Source: Lingula anatina (taxonomy: Eukaryota > Animalia > Brachiopoda). From it: DNA of 64,000 nucleotides. The position numbers were made by a program, and so were the translations under genes. This document shows positions 1 to 15,700 of the stretch, one piece after another. The stretch covers positions 69,170,788-69,234,787 of the forward strand of contig CM120640.1 of assembly GCA_051362555.1 (NCBI GenBank), given 5' to 3'. How positions within the stretch are numbered: the stretch's first letter is position 1; every line of letters starts with the position of its first letter. Under the pieces are notes generated by a model. It searched no databases and had not been told where the DNA came from. It was given only the letters and a program-made list of their open reading frames with translations.

Positions 1-1639
1 GAAATGTTTAGATTCCATAATAAATTGGTGACTAAACAGAAATAAATGTGTAAAATGAATTTTAGGAAACCCTAGGACTATTGTGTGTTTTGATACTTTG
101 CTGCCGTGTCCGTAGTCAAGTCTTTGTCTGGTGACAGCAGAGAAATGACAGTCTTAAATAATTGACATAGCTATGTTATATATCTAAAACCATTCAGGAT
201 TTATGCAAGGGTTAGAATTAGTACCACTTAGCACTGATATCGAAAGATTGGGCTTCCTGGAAAAATATGATAAGAGATGTATTTGACTTAAAACTTACTA
301 AAAAACCTTGAATTTATAGAAAGCATTCAAAAATATAGGACTATATAAACCAGCTATCATTTGTAGCTAGAGGATGTGAAAAAGAGGCTTTAGGAATAAT
401 CTGATTTCACATTCACAATCAATCTGAAATAAAAGGATGTTTAGCTTGGTTATGTTCAGTTGTTAAGATGTTCATGTTTGTGAACATAATTCCAAAAGGG
501 AAGATTGGACTCCAGATATATTGACATGCAAGTCAAAATATTGTGGAATTCTCAAACAGTAATTCAGTTCCAGAGTAAATCCAGTTATTTAGTTAGCCTC
601 AATTATGTCTAAATCTAGACAGCTTCAACATAGAAATGCTTTTGAGAAGTCTGTGTTGTATGTCTATATTGTGAAAAACACAATCACTGCCTGAATGGTG
701 CAATGTGTTTGGTGAGACAAAACACAATGGGTAGAGCAGGAACTCCTGATATGTGGGCTGTATGTATGCGTGTGCTGTTGAATTATATTCCGTTTGTTGG
801 TGTTTTGGGCTATCATTGAACAGTGTTGGAATGGGTGTGTTTTTATGTATGTGGGGTATCAATTGTTTTTCTCTCTCTCTTTTTCACAAGTATTTGTTGG
901 TTGAAGATGTGTTTGTGTTGGTGGTTGCAGTGGCACCAGATCTTTCTCATCAACACAATCATAATTTTACTAAATAAAAGAGGACCAGAGACCAACAGCA
1001 CCTCCACTGTAACACAGCCTGTGTCACACGATTAGAGCACTGAAGAAAAATGTGTAGACTAAATAGTTTGATTATTTACTTTTAAGCTAAATGTGAAGTA
1101 TATCCCCTTTTGTATTTCAGAGGTGATAGCTACGTAGATATTTAAATATGTATTTTATCCAGTTCACATATATGACTTCCTACCAACACTGGTGTCAACT
1201 GAATAAGTAAAATGAAAGATATTCCGTAATTTTTTTAACTGAAATTGGGAGCAAATTTGGTAATGAAAAAATAGCATATGATAATTTTTAATCAAAAATT
1301 GTCTTTAGAAATATGTACAGTTTATATATTTGAAAGGATTCCAGTGTTTGGTACTTGGTGTAATAATGATAAAAATTGGTAATAAAGTCAAGGGGTTTTT
1401 TTATAAGATAATATAATTGTCCTCACTAGTCCTAAAATTGTATGTCTTTTGGCATTGAATGAGCAAAGTGAAAAAACAGGTGCATCTTCCACGTTATAGA
1501 TGAGTATCAATTAGCCCAACTTAGTATATGCTTTAGCAGAAAATACAACGGTTCAGTAATTTTCTTTAAATTGGGTTTGACTATTTTTCTTCACATTTTG
1601 CTTTCATTGCTAAAGAATAAGGATAATTACATGGTTTTG

Positions 1640-1640
<1 letters not shown>

Positions 1641-1672
<32 letters not shown>
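1641..1672 (+). repeat. Poly-G tract (32 G)
   Basis: Directly visible. Confidence 0.95.
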
Positions 1673-1673
<1 letters not shown>

Positions 1674-1861
1674 ATACTTATATGAAATAAACAAAAGAGG
1701 CTTGTCTTATTTGAGAAAACAGCACTGTTTGTTTATCTCTGATGGAAGATTGATACAAAGTTATCATGGTTATGGGCCTATTTTGCCCTTATTAGACCTC
1801 CATCTTTCTGTACAATTGTTGAACATATTGCTGAATTAGCGCCATCGTTGCTCTGCTACAG

Positions 1862-3796
1862 AACGCCCACATGCGTCCTTCACCGCCAGCGTCACAGCCG
1901 TCCCCCCACCCACAGCCGCCACACAATCCTATGATGGGGCAAGGACAAGTAAGTAGTTGATTGTGGCCAATATTGCCCCCAGCAAACTCCTAGATGGACC
2001 TGACAGAACTGGCCATTTAATGAGGGTCACTTTCAAAATAGTCAAGAAAATTGGGTGAAGTATTGCTCCACTTAAAATAACAAGTAGATTATTTTGTCTG
2101 AAATGTTTTTGAGTTATTAACATAAAGCATATGGCAATGAAGTTAATTTTTTGCAAGGGGATATTTAAAAAAATCAAACATTGAAAGGGAAATTGGTTTC
2201 TGTCAGAACTTGGAATGTGATCTCTAAAATGGCTAGTTGTTGTCTTCTCTTGGTCCACTTGTCCCTCCCTTCTGTACATTTGTGGATTTGATATTGTCAT
2301 TTTGTCACCTTTCAATCACCATTGCACATTGCACCCACCACTCACTCAGTCATAACGCTAACCAAATAGACTTCATCATTGCTGTGAAATATTTTACCAA
2401 GATACCAGAAAATCTTTCAAAACTTGAGAGAAACAATTAAACATTTTTCCTAAATTAAATGTTTAGTATTGTTTCGCACTTGCTTAATTTTAAATTTTGA
2501 TTTTGATGATTTTCTCAAAAGAACTAGCTTCAACTGTCATCACAGCAAAGTAAGTCTATGGCCATGAAAAATGTCTGTTACTAAACTGGCCGTCTCTACA
2601 CTAGCTATGTAACTGTGATCTAACATTAGTTTACACAAAGAAAGGGGATATCAACTTACCTCCATGACGCTCTGGGATTAGTGTTGTTTGGAGCTCTAAC
2701 CATTGCCTAGGTGAAACTGCTCTCCGGGACAGATTTAACTGCACTGCTGAATGTTGCATGTGTGTCTTGTTTCTTCGTGGATAGAAGCTGTGGAGTAGAA
2801 AAGTGGTAGATTTAATCCTTTTTTGTTTCAGTGTGTATTATGTATTTATGATTTATTTTCAAGCTTATCTGATGTTTTATTTGTAGTTAGTGAAGGATTA
2901 TTGTATTTTTAGACTTATAAACTAAATGCTTAGATATATAATCTATTCAAGGATAACTTAAGAGTGTGATGTTCATGAAAAGGGATTTTTCTACCAATCT
3001 GTGATAAATTGTGCCAGGAGTGTGGTAGATGTGGGATCTCAACAGACACAATCAGAAATTGTGACCAAACTGAAATGTTGATAACTGCTCAGTTATTACA
3101 TGTATTAGGATTGAAAAGATATGGTTCAGTTGAATAACTGAAAAATCACCTCAAAAGCATGAGGAGGATTGTCACTTACACAACACGTTTATTGAGTGGT
3201 AGAATGTAGAATATGATGTTTAAGTTAAGTCAACAGTTGTACAAAAAATAAAAAATTATGTTTAAACAAGATAATGTCCATGCTTGTAATTGTTGAAACG
3301 GAATCTTAATAAAAGCTTGCAAATGTTATAGGGGGAACTTAGGATATTTAAAGACTGTTACTCTTCCTCGGTGTATTTTGTCACTGAATAAGCATGATTC
3401 TGAATAATCAAAACATGAAAGAAAATTGATAACATACACAGGCTGTGACATTAGTCTGTATGTCAGTTTCTCTACAGTCAGATAAAACCAGATGTTCACA
3501 TGCACATTGCAATGGATCATGCCTAGAGTAAACTGCCACTGTGGCTAAAAGATACAACAATCAAACCATAGAGCAGAGTTCTAAGTACCATGTCTAAGTG
3601 TGTTTTCTTGTTTGTCTCCAGCCATTCATGTCACCCAGGTATCCAGGCGGCCCCAGGGGACCAGTAAGGATGCCTAACGATTTTGTAAGTAACATTGACA
3701 CTGTTTGCTGTTCTGTGCTTTATGCTGATGGATCGTTTCTTCAGTTTCATTTAGATGTTGTTGCTGTTCAGAAGAATGATCATACTCTTGAAATTG

Positions 3797-3850
<54 letters not shown>

Positions 3851-4540
3851 GTTGGTCATTAAATCTATTGAATCATAATGGTCTTGGGCAGTATAACTTC
3901 AAAAATTGAAGAATCTAACCCAATATTTTAATTGAGTCTATGTAATAATATTGTATGCTTCATTTTAAAATTGCTATTTATTTATGGACTGTCTGTCTCT
4001 TCCAGCCACCAGGCACGATGGGTGGTTGTCAGATGCCGATGCCAAACAGTATGGATGTACGGCCTGGTAAGTGGAACCTGCATCTAGTAGATTTACTTCA
4101 GCTTGCTCTTGTTTTAATAATGTAGCTATGTGTGAAAAATTATGAAAGCAATCTATGTATTGTGAAAACAAGGTTATCATGTTTTCAAAGCAAAAACGAC
4201 TTTTTATTTCACACCAGTTTTCCTGCCGGTGAAAGGATTCTATATTTGTACCACCAGCGCGCAAGGTTAAATGGGCCAAAATGTTTCAAAAAATGGGAGT
4301 GTTTTTCAAAAAAAAAAAATTATTTGTGCTGATTTTCAGAAACTACACAGACTTAATCTATAATATTTTGGGCAGGATTTACACTTTCATCTTTCATCTT
4401 CGTGAGTATGGGGTAAATCAGTGCATTATCACAGAAGTAGCAGCCATTAGATGCCGAAACCAAAACCTCTCTCTTATTCTGGACCTCTGGTTTGTTGCAT
4501 TTTGTAGAGCTTGTCAAGCACAATACTGAAGTTGGTGTCC

Positions 4541-4594
<54 letters not shown>

Positions 4595-7500
4595 CATATG
4601 GTTTAGGAGTTGCTATATATCAAAAGTACAACATCACAATATTCAGTGGTGAAAATAAAAAGAAAAATACTTCAAAATTAGCAGAGATACCCAATGTTAC
4701 TACTGAACTTCAATAGGAAGTCATTTAATGGCAATCTTACTGTTTCCTTGAAATTGATATTGAACCTACTTTTCATGATGCATTGCACTTTGCAAATTTT
4801 CCAGTCCTTACATATACAAAACTGGAAGAGATATGCCCATAGTTACTATTGAACTTGAACAGGAACTCGTATTCACAATCGACTGTAACTTTGGATTTGA
4901 CTGTTTACTTTTCCCCGCGATTCCATTATAAATTGTAATTTTCTACCAAAAAATTGATAACTCTATTTTATTGCATTTTGTAGAACTTGTCAAGCACAAC
5001 ACTAGAGGTGGTGTCCCTTTTTTTCCATATAAATGCACTTACTGTAGCTGGTGGTACAATATCCTGGGGTTGTATCTCCTCTCTCATCCTCTAGTCTGAT
5101 ATTTATTTTAAGAAAAACTTGAACAATTTAGACCAAATGTATCTTTACCACTTGCTCCAAGGTAACATGATGAAGTAAAGGATTTAATCAGTATTTTAGT
5201 AAGTCTTTTTTTATGTGGTCATTAGCTGTCAAATGAACAATTCAATAATTCTAACAGTCTGTCCATCAAATATCTTTTTAAAAAGGCAGTTTCTTCACTA
5301 TGTTCACTGCAACAAGGGTTCCAACAGACGCCTCTTACAAGAGAGTTGAATAAATTTGTAATTAACAGCATGGATATTTATATTTGTCACAGTGAACTGG
5401 TCGTGTATATTGTCTATCCTAGAACATTTTGTGCTGAACTTCAAAGAAAAATGCAAGATTTTTTTTTTCATCAAGAACTAAACATATAGAATATTTTGCA
5501 GTAGTCTTTACCAATAAAAGAGTCTCTTCATAATCCTGTAGACTGGTGTGTATTTTTATCCCCCACCACCAGGAGACCAATGCAGACCAGTGTGGTAGAA
5601 AGCTATTGATTTGTGTTCATTTTGTTACAACTGTATTATATTTTCTCAAGAGCTATTGATTTAGGCTATGGGCAATCTTGTCAGTTATTACTATTCATAA
5701 AAGAATTTCAAAGCATCCTGAAGTATGATGAAAAAGCAGATAAGTTGATAATTTCTGGAAGTTCTTTGAAATCAAAATGTTTATTTTGACATATTGGACA
5801 GGACTGTCTGAACTTAAAAGCAGAGCTAATTTGCATGAGGTGAGAAAACCATTTTGATGATGTGAACACAAGATGTCAGATGATAAGAAGTGATGTTCTT
5901 AAGTTGACAGTATCATCAATGAATGCGCATTATTGTCAGAGACATTAAGATGCACTTGAAAAATCTCTGTAACATGGGAATTGATTTATGCTTATAGAAA
6001 TGCATGCAGATTCCACACAAAATGCCCTGGCCTTGTTTGGATTGTCCAATGGATGTTCAGAAATTTAAAGAAATTGTTCTATGATTTAGTAGAGTGATAG
6101 AGGCTATTTAGATGTTCTATGATTTAGTAGCATGATAGGGGCAATTAAGATTTCATTGCACAGGTGTATGCAGGAACAAATATATATTGACTCATTTTTA
6201 GAAAAAAACCTGTGTAATAATTATTCAAGAGAACATACTACATTGGTAAGGTATCCATGTTAAAAAAATCTATTTTAGAGTTCCACACATAATGTAGCGG
6301 GTGTCACCATTGTCACATACAGACAACTACTTGGAGATACGGGTGAGAACTGAGGGACAAATGAGAACCAAAGTGGCTGCACTACTTCTACAGAGCTATG
6401 CATTTACAAAAATGTGCAACACTTTAAGGGACTAACTCTACCAGATATTTAATTAAAAAATGTATTCTACAGTGTACATGTTATGTCCAAGACAACCCTC
6501 TCATTCCTACTTCTACCACATGCCACAGTGCACTGTATAGTGCCTGCAGTGTGTTAGCCTATAAAGTCTACTTAAAATGCAGCTGTTTTTACCTCACTAA
6601 AAGGATTGTAATATGACACAATCTGCTTATAGGATAAAGTAGCAAAACATTCAAGTTGGTTTCTGTCTTTGAAAAGCAGATAATTTAGGTGAAAATTTTG
6701 CTCTGAGCCCTCTTACCTGCAATCCCGTCAGTTCACTTCAGTTTTTCTCCTGCTTTAGTGGTGGGTATATGGAGGTGAAGGCCAGATAACCAGCATCCTC
6801 TGCTGACAGCTCAATCTCAGTCATTTTCTGCTTCAGTTGTACCAAGAATTGCAAGCTGTGATCCCTGAGATCCTTCAATACATCCTCAATCAACCTGTCC
6901 CGACAGCTATGAAGTGAAGGTCCTTTTATCCTGTTGTATGGCTAGTTCCACTTCTGCTTTGATGGAGGGCAGTTTTTTTGTCCCTGAATCTGAAAAATGT
7001 AGAAGGTTTTCTGTCATCCTCATTGTAGTGCTTCTGAACTGAGGAACAAATCTACTGAAGCAGATAATAACATATTGGTTGTTGGAGAGCAAGGGGAATG
7101 CTATGAACCCCTAACAAATAACATAAGTTTATTTTCTTTATAAACAGGCTGTCAGAAGTTAAGAAAATGTAATTGTATAAGATGAGCCATTGCAGCCGGT
7201 TTATAAAATGCATGGCTGGTGATATTTATCAAACAACAAGAAAAAGTACCACTAACAGTCTCTCACACATCTGGTGGAGTATGAAAACAAGATGTCTTTT
7301 TGCTGCCCTATCAGTGTTGGTCCTACTGACAGTTTTATCATGGACTGGGTTCTCATACCTAGGTTGATCTAACAGGATTGATCTGGACTATCTCCAAAGG
7401 GTTTCTCGCTAAATTGCTTTCAGCTTAAGCGGCTTAGATATCTGGCACACCTACTGAAACCACTAAATGATAGTTAATTACCCACTAGCAGCTTCAGTAG

Positions 7501-10500
7501 GCATGACAGATATCTAAGCCACTTTAGTTGATTGCAATTTAGCGAGAATCCCCTAGGAGATAGATCGATCCACAGTTAGTATAATAGGGTCTGGGAATGG
7601 TCCAATAGTGTTGGTCTTACAGTTGTAATGTTGGTCCTTCATTAACAATACAGCAGTATCATTGATATTAAATTCTTTTAGAAACTTCAAAGTCAGGTCA
7701 GAGCTTGAGGCAGGAAGGGTTTTAGGTGGTTCCAAAGAATGGTCCTTTTGGCTGGAAAAGGTCTGTGGTGAATCAGAAGTTGACTTAGGTTATGTGTCAT
7801 TTTTGAAATAGGGTCAAATAATTGATAAAAAGGTCCACTTGTTCAAAAAAGAACACCCTTCCCTTCAAAATTGTTAGTTGCCTGGAAATTTAAAAGGAAG
7901 TTAAGAATAATTATGTTGCGCTAATGTTGTAGAATTCATTTTGCTGATATGGCATAATGATAAAGCTGAAAAGTAACAGTTAAAAATATATAGTTGACAT
8001 TGTCCTCAGCCTGATACCTAACCACAGGTTCCTCTCCGCTCTCAGCAATGTGCATCAGCCTGCATTAGCCAAGTAGAAGTGGAAAATCAGTCCGATCAGC
8101 TTTTGTTTGAAGCCAAAACCAAAGATAAATTAACAGATGTGTACTTAAAGATCCTGCTCTTTTTGGTAAACCAATAGTTTTACAAGCTGATAGGTGAGGC
8201 AAGCCAGTAATACATATAGCACTGTTCAGCACAGTGTCAGCCTCTTACCCTCTGCATGGTGTTGTAGTAGTACATGGAACACTGCCGTTATCGCTTCGTC
8301 ATTTACTCTACTTACATCTTGACGGTGTGGTCTAAACATGCAGCTACGTCTGGTTGCAAAACTGTGAATGTCTTACCACCCGAGAAATGTGAGTATGATC
8401 AGAACCAATTTATACCTCAAGTACATGTTGGTACAAGTGTCACAGGCTGTTAGCTGTACCTATGACTTGTATGGCAATGGGGGTCTGCATGTCTCTTCCA
8501 TAGTTAACATGGAGGAGGAAGACAGCACTTACATAAATCAACAAGCTGGGAGTACATGTATCAACGACCTCCTCACGCATGTTTCATGTTGTACTAGGGA
8601 GCTGTCACATACATAATCTTAGCTTAATACTCCGTTTCCGACAACAGTTTTGTATTGTAGTACATGGCCCGACTCATTATTCAGTGATGTATGTGTTAAG
8701 GAAACATTAAGTTTAGTTTGCTTGCGGTGACTTTGTTAAGCAGTGTTGCATGACTCTGTATTCTGTCATGAGTTGCTCACTGTCTCGGAAATTGTCACTG
8801 AAATGTAGTGTAGAACAACTTGCATGTATGTTTGTAGTGCATGTGTGTGTGTGTGTTTTCTCCTTTGAAAACCAGTGCTCCTTCAGTAGAGTTAGGGTGT
8901 TTTCAGTGTCAGCATGGTCAAATTACTGGATTCGTGTAGTTTGAAACTTTTGGTGACATTTGTGATGTGTTAACTAGTAGAACGCTGTGATAGTTACATG
9001 AAGGAACAACTTTATGCCTCAGCCTGATCAATAATTTTGTTATTGCCAGAGAGCTGACGAACATAAAACCCTTTGTTGTCTGAGTTAACATGTGTAAGAG
9101 ATAAAATGCTTTGTAGGAAAATGTCAGAGTGTCATGTAATTCACAAAGAGTAAGATATGTTAAGTAGCAGTCTACAAGGAAAAAAAAGTTAAAGAAAACG
9201 GATACAAAAGTGGCCAAGCAAGCCATTCCCAAGAAACTAACCTTATTAATGAAATTAACAATGACCATGTTTAAGTTATATCTTAAGAAATAGTTTTAAA
9301 GAAAAGTAGGAAATGGGAAATCTTACATCCTGCAGGACATATCTTTATATTTATAATGATTGGGAGGCTGAGGAAGGGGGAAATCCCATAGTGCCTGTGC
9401 CTGAATCTAGTTGGGTATTCCCACCTGAGTTTTTTCATTTCAAAAGGCCTGCTTAGAGCATTATTTTAGATTGGACTATAATGAGGGACTGGCTAATGAT
9501 GTTGTCATGGTTAATTCAGTGGCTGCTCAGTATGGTTGGCAAGTTTTCTGAAACGAAGACATCTACAGCAAATGGATTTTGGTTGTTCGTGCAAAGATTA
9601 GGAAGCTCGGAGACAGCTTTTTCATGCAATGCATTTTATTGATGAAGAGCAAATTTCTAATTTGACAAGTTGTGAGTGATTGCATCCTAAAGCCCAGATA
9701 ATGCTTAATTGAGAGTGCTTTCTTGCATTTAAATGGAAGGCTTCAACATTACACAGTTGCACTTTAATCATGGCCAGAGAGGATTCTGTGGGTTTCTTTT
9801 GTCAGATGGACCAGGGGTTGGAGGAGGGGGGGGGGGGGGGGGGGGGGGGGGGAGGAGCATGGTCATGCTACTGTCAAGTAAGCATGGTGTGAATATTATA
9901 CTGCCCTGGTTAAACCTTCACATCACACATAACAGAATACAAAAATGAAAAGCATTGTTCTTTGATCTAAAATGAGAAACTTTGAACATTACCAGAGAAA
10001 AAAATAATAACCCTGTCATGTAATAGTGCCATATACAAAAGCAAGTCTTGACAGAAGATGGGTTACATTTTCACTGCTGAATTTTAAAAAAGTATATGGG
10101 CATACAAATATCCATTGGGTTAATAATAAAAGTAAAAAGTCCCCAGTGAGTTTGGATTTAATTGAGAAATACTCTAACAGGATCACCTACCACAATTGAC
10201 ATGTTGAAGTAAACAGTGGATCTGTTTGTTGCTGTCTGCCAATGAGCACGTCATTGAAGAAATAGTGTATATTTTATCATATATCCTGGAATCTAACTGG
10301 TTGTACTGGTTGGTACTGGTTGGTTGATAGAAAGCAGCATGCTCTATAACCATCATGGTGGCTTACCATACTCCATATGAAGATGGATGGGGTAGTAAGG
10401 ATGGTATGGGAAATTTGTTCTCTCTTTGACATTTGATTTATACTTATTTATGAATTGAACTCTATCTTGATTGATTCATATTCCTCTTCCTATTACTTCA

Positions 10501-12700
10501 TAAAGACCAAATTTCCTTAGAATTCTTACCTTTAATGGCCACATCTACATCCATGGAGTCATTTTTTTTTTCAGTCTAGGTGATTTTCTCCAAGTGCTGC
10601 TCTAGCCGCATTTCCCATCGTGACCTCACACCAGATCTAATCATGTAACGTGTCAGCGGTGTGCAACGCACCACTTAGGCAGTTTAAATGCCACCAATCC
10701 AACCAAGTCTGCTCATATACAACATCACAAGAATGAAACCCTTCAACTGCATAGCAGTCAGTGCTAGTGCTGGTATACAAAGAGCTGTACATGTATCTAT
10801 GTATATGTCTCCATCCAGGGCTTTCAGTGTGTGTGTGTTCAGTGACAGTGTATGTACGCCGGGGGAAGTGTTGATTGCTTTTGATGTACAGCATGGAATT
10901 GTCCTCATGCTGGGTTGTTATTCACTGGCAAATTAGACTTGATTGAGTTAAGTAGAAATGCTGGTATTTCCAAATGGCAAACTTCGTGATATTCCATTTA
11001 GATGTAATACACAGTATCACTCTTGAGCAAACCTAAATGCAACAAAAAGTCCACAACTGCACGGATCTCATGAAGTGTGCCGGCTGTCTGTGGAGTAGAG
11101 CTTTTAGAAATAATTGGCTGAACAGTTTGTACATGTGTGGCCCTCATTTAGGGAAGGCACTAATGCTGTTATATTGATGGGGATTACATGTACTTCAGCG
11201 GTAGGGAAAGCTTATCTATACACTACCTCCTCACGTCACGTCACGTCACGTCGCCCTCAACAAACTGAATGTTTTGTTACACCTGGGGATAAGTTTTCTT
11301 TTCTGGTCTCTGTATTAGGTGGTTTTTATTTTCAAATATAAAACTTCCTATGTGAGATATTAAGTTAGGTGTGTCAAAAAGCTATGTGTTTACAAAGGAA
11401 AAAATACTCAAACTCACCTGCACAAGAAACAAGGACCCCAAAACGGCATCCCTCCATTGTATTATCTGGAAATGATCAGCTTATATCTCTGTCCCTATAT
11501 ATGTGTCGTGATTGTGTCTAGCATATTGTTTCCTTTTCCTCCAATTGTGGCTCCTAATCTCTTTAGAGCAGGCCAACTAATGAATATATGAAGTTCTCAG
11601 TTGGTTTTTGTTTGAAGTCTCCTGAATATACTGGATCTTCTTTTGATTCCTACTGAGGCAGCCAAGCTGCAAGTTGTTGGAATTGCAGTTTGAAAAAGAA
11701 AGAAATATTACTGATGGTTGTTTTTCATAGTGCAAATCAATGTTTTAAATTGACAAGTGCTTTTCCTGTTGTAATTGCTTGAAATGATATAACAACACTG
11801 ACTTGTGGATTAGTTCATTCTCTCCTGTGGTTCTTGTAATGTTACAGCATACTCCAATGTATACATATTGATATCCAGGAAATAATAACTTGTATTATGA
11901 AGCACTGTGCACTCTTGTTTCCGCTAGAATCCATCACTGAACCATCTGCCTAGCAGCAGGAGTAAGAAGACATCTTGTGATATCGTTTACAAATAAATGA
12001 AGAAATGGAAAAAATGTTTCTGCACTTCTTTCTGTGTTTCTCTACATTAAGGAAAAAAAACAGAGTATTGCATTCCACAGGATATGCTTTTCTCCCATTG
12101 GGCCGTGATTTGTTCTACTATTTCTCCTGTTGTTAGGTAATCTCTGTGTGTTGTCCACATTCGTGTGACCTCTACGAGCTTGGAAATCACATCTGCCTGA
12201 GGCCCAAGTGGCAAGCGCAGATATAATGGCTGAACTTTCCTAGAATGGAAAGAACCAACTCTTCCTCACAGTTGTTTTACACATTGAGTTGTCCCAGAGC
12301 TGTGTAAGATTGCTAATAGATCATGCTTTCATAGGCTTTGTTATCATTAATCACCTAGCAAAACACCCAGCTCAAAGCAGATTGTTCTCTAATAACATGC
12401 AATTTCTGTAAGCAGTGGGAAGTGATTACTGGGATTTCTCAGGGCAAACTGATGGATGTCTGGGATCTGAAGGGGAGGGGGGGGGAGATGATTGGACATT
12501 TCCACTGCTGGAGAAATTAGCCTCCTGGTCCTGTACCAACCAGCCAACCACCTGCCTGGTTCGTTATGGATGGCAACACATGCAGTAAATAATAGAACAC
12601 ATACCAGGGCTTTGGGGTGAACCCACATCAGCTGCTGCCTTTGTCACAAAACTTGGGGAACATTGCTGTTCAATGAGTGTTTTACCTCTATGGTTCTGCA

Positions 12701-12753
<53 letters not shown>

Positions 12754-15700
12754 GGGAGGGGTGGGGATAAGTTTAGATGTACACATTTGCTTTTGCAATG
12801 AGAGCATATCTGAAAGAATTTAGCAGATGTCAATCAATACCTCACCTGCCTAAGACACATCTAAAGGCTCATTCCCAATGAGGCTATGGTTCTGTGTAGA
12901 TCGATCCAATTTTGTGGTGACTTGCTGAATGCAATCAGATTAACAGACTAACACACCTCCTGGCGTTGAGTAGCTGGTTGAGCATGTTCAAAACAAGTTG
13001 AGGCTTGTTAATCTCTTTAACTGATTATATTCAGCAAGAGTCCCCACAAATTGTATTGATCTCTGCAGAACAATAGTTTCATTGTGAATGAACCCTAAAG
13101 AGAAATAGTCTAATGTAGAATATCCATGTGATGTAAAGTAACCTGAAGAGACCCAAGTTAAACAAGGTCATAAGGGTGTTACTCTATGTCTTCTGATGAA
13201 TGATTAACAGTGTATGTGTAAAGTTGGGAACACCTTACCTGATCTGAGCTGTCTTGCCTGGGTTTTCAAGAGGACAGGAAGACTTCTGTCTTCGTTGGTA
13301 TTCTCTGCGACTGTGGTGTGCGTTATCCCATGTCTTATCAGGAAGACATCACATCAATCAATGTTTGTGATGTTGGGGGGAAAGGATATCCCATTCTGGT
13401 TCAAATCACCAGTGCCTTTCAGCTGCCTTCCTAGAAAACACACTGGTCTGTGGGGCTTAGTCGGAATCCAGTCTCTTTGGAAGTAATGCCTTACTAATTT
13501 TCTATCCAGCTCCTGCAATATGTCAGGCTAGGGCTTTATCGCACTCACTTCCAATTTTTCATTAATTCCCACAGCAGTGGAGCTCCTATTTAATACCTTC
13601 CCATATCTCTTCTCTTCTTATTAATATCTTAAGATTAGGCACCTTGGCTTTGACATGACCATGAAATAGAACATGAAACACAATAATGAATCCTATGGAG
13701 AGCGTTATTTTTATTAGCTTGCAACTTACTGCAAAATCTCATTACATTGAGATCAGAGTTAGCTGGCTACATTTTTTTTCTGGAAGAGACAAGACAATCC
13801 TTTAGGTAATGATGAAAATGCATAGGGTTTTTTCATCATGATTGGATCGCAGGCCACGATAACGTCTTGGCTGGAAATTAAAAAGTCTTCCTTGTCATTC
13901 CACTGTGGCAATTGAAATACTGACAGCTCCTAACCCTTTCTCTGAAGAACTTCAATATTCCAGTTCAGGTGTTAGAAGGCAGGGTTTTGGTTCCCCTTGT
14001 GAGAGTTGATTATTGATGGGTACTACTATTCACACTGAGCTTGTTCTCATTGTAAGCTGAGGCCCTCCTTGGGTATCAGGAAAGAAATAACTGCGGCATT
14101 TACCTGGGTTCATCACTTTGCTCTGTTGCTGTCAAGAGCTGATAATGCGCCACCCTTGCTTTACTTGATGATAAACTGCTTGCCAACAAAGTAATTAGGA
14201 TAACTTTTTCAACTCTTCATCTATTGATTGAGCTGCTTACTAGAATATTGTAATGGGGTATTATTATAGTAAAGTTACAGACAACCGCTTTAGGAGCATG
14301 GTATAAAAAAGAAAGTGTTGAAATATCAGTAGGAATTTATGCATGAAGTGTTGTATTAGATTTTCCACATTTGTTCAAAAAGAAAACGTCTTTATGCATG
14401 AGCCTGACTAGATTTCTTTCACATGCACACCTCTCAAATAGTGCTTGACATTTCACGTATTTGATACAAACCAATGAATGTGATTCCTCAGTCTCTGTCT
14501 ACAAAACCTTCTAGGAACAAACTCAAGCTTAAGGAAATTTGAGGATATTTTCCAAGTGAATTACTAGGTAAACTGATCAAATTGTGTTCATCTTTGTGTC
14601 CTCATGTCATTGAAAGACTTGGATCTTGTTCTGCCTACGCAACTTTTCTGTCAAGCACACTAGGCATATCAGATTCATTGTGATTTTTTCTTCAATTAAA
14701 AAGGTAAGAAGTACCATAAGCAGCAATCAGTGCTTGAGATAAAATGTACCTATTATAGTAATTGCGTCTGAAAAAATTGCACTTAGAAATTGCTCTGTAA
14801 GTGAGTGCTTTACTTAACTTGAAAAAGCACTCCACTGTGATATGACATGAAAAATACATAAAACAAGATTCTGCCGGGAGGATGATATTGTAAGACAATT
14901 CGTGATCAAGTAAAGTGCATAACTTACCTAGTATTTCACAAAAAGCCTTTTCTTACTTAGTATCTCTCAAAAAGCCTTTTCTTGTCTTGCGCTAGGGAAG
15001 GAATACTATATACCAGGGCTGGTGAAGAGCATCTGGGTTGTACCATTCATATAATCTGCAGCAGAAACGTTGCATGTCTTATGTCTGAAGTGTCAGTGCC
15101 TTTTCATGCCATTAAATGTGCTGGTTCTTTTAACCTACCAGTCCATGAAGGTCAGCTGGGAACAGTTAGCCATTTTGTTTCGGAAGTTTTCCCCTTTGAC
15201 TTCAAAGAATACTTTAGATTTTATGGCTTCACGTTGCCTGTATGGTTTACATTTTAGTTAACAATAAGTGCCCAATAAATTCATTTTCCCTTTCAAGTAA
15301 TGTGTTATCTTTTCCTTTGAGAAGTGACTTGGACTTGTGCACTGTGACAAGACATTTTGATTTGACCTGAAAATTTAGCTGGATGAGATTCTGCAATAAG
15401 ACATGTTTAAGATGTGCAATAGGAATAATAGATTTGAAAATTGCTATGAGCAAAATAACATTGTATATATTATAGTATATATTTTACCGTAATACTATGG
15501 TTAATGCATGTCTAAAATGCTAGTCCTTTGGATTAAAAAAGAGGGTGTAATATTAAATAATCTACATTAAATATTTTTGAAAGAACACAGGTAGAACACA
15601 TAGTCTTTGTTTGTTTGCCTGTGTGTTCATGTGTGAGGTTTTCTTCTCATTAATTTCAGTTCTTCAGTTTGTGCCAAGTGTTGTTCACCAAGTTGATCAG

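Noticed and set aside
6700-7760. Coding-like stretch in the large Ssdp intron (possible nested gene or retroelement)
   Set aside because: Only vague pol-like hints, with no consistent frame or splice structure.
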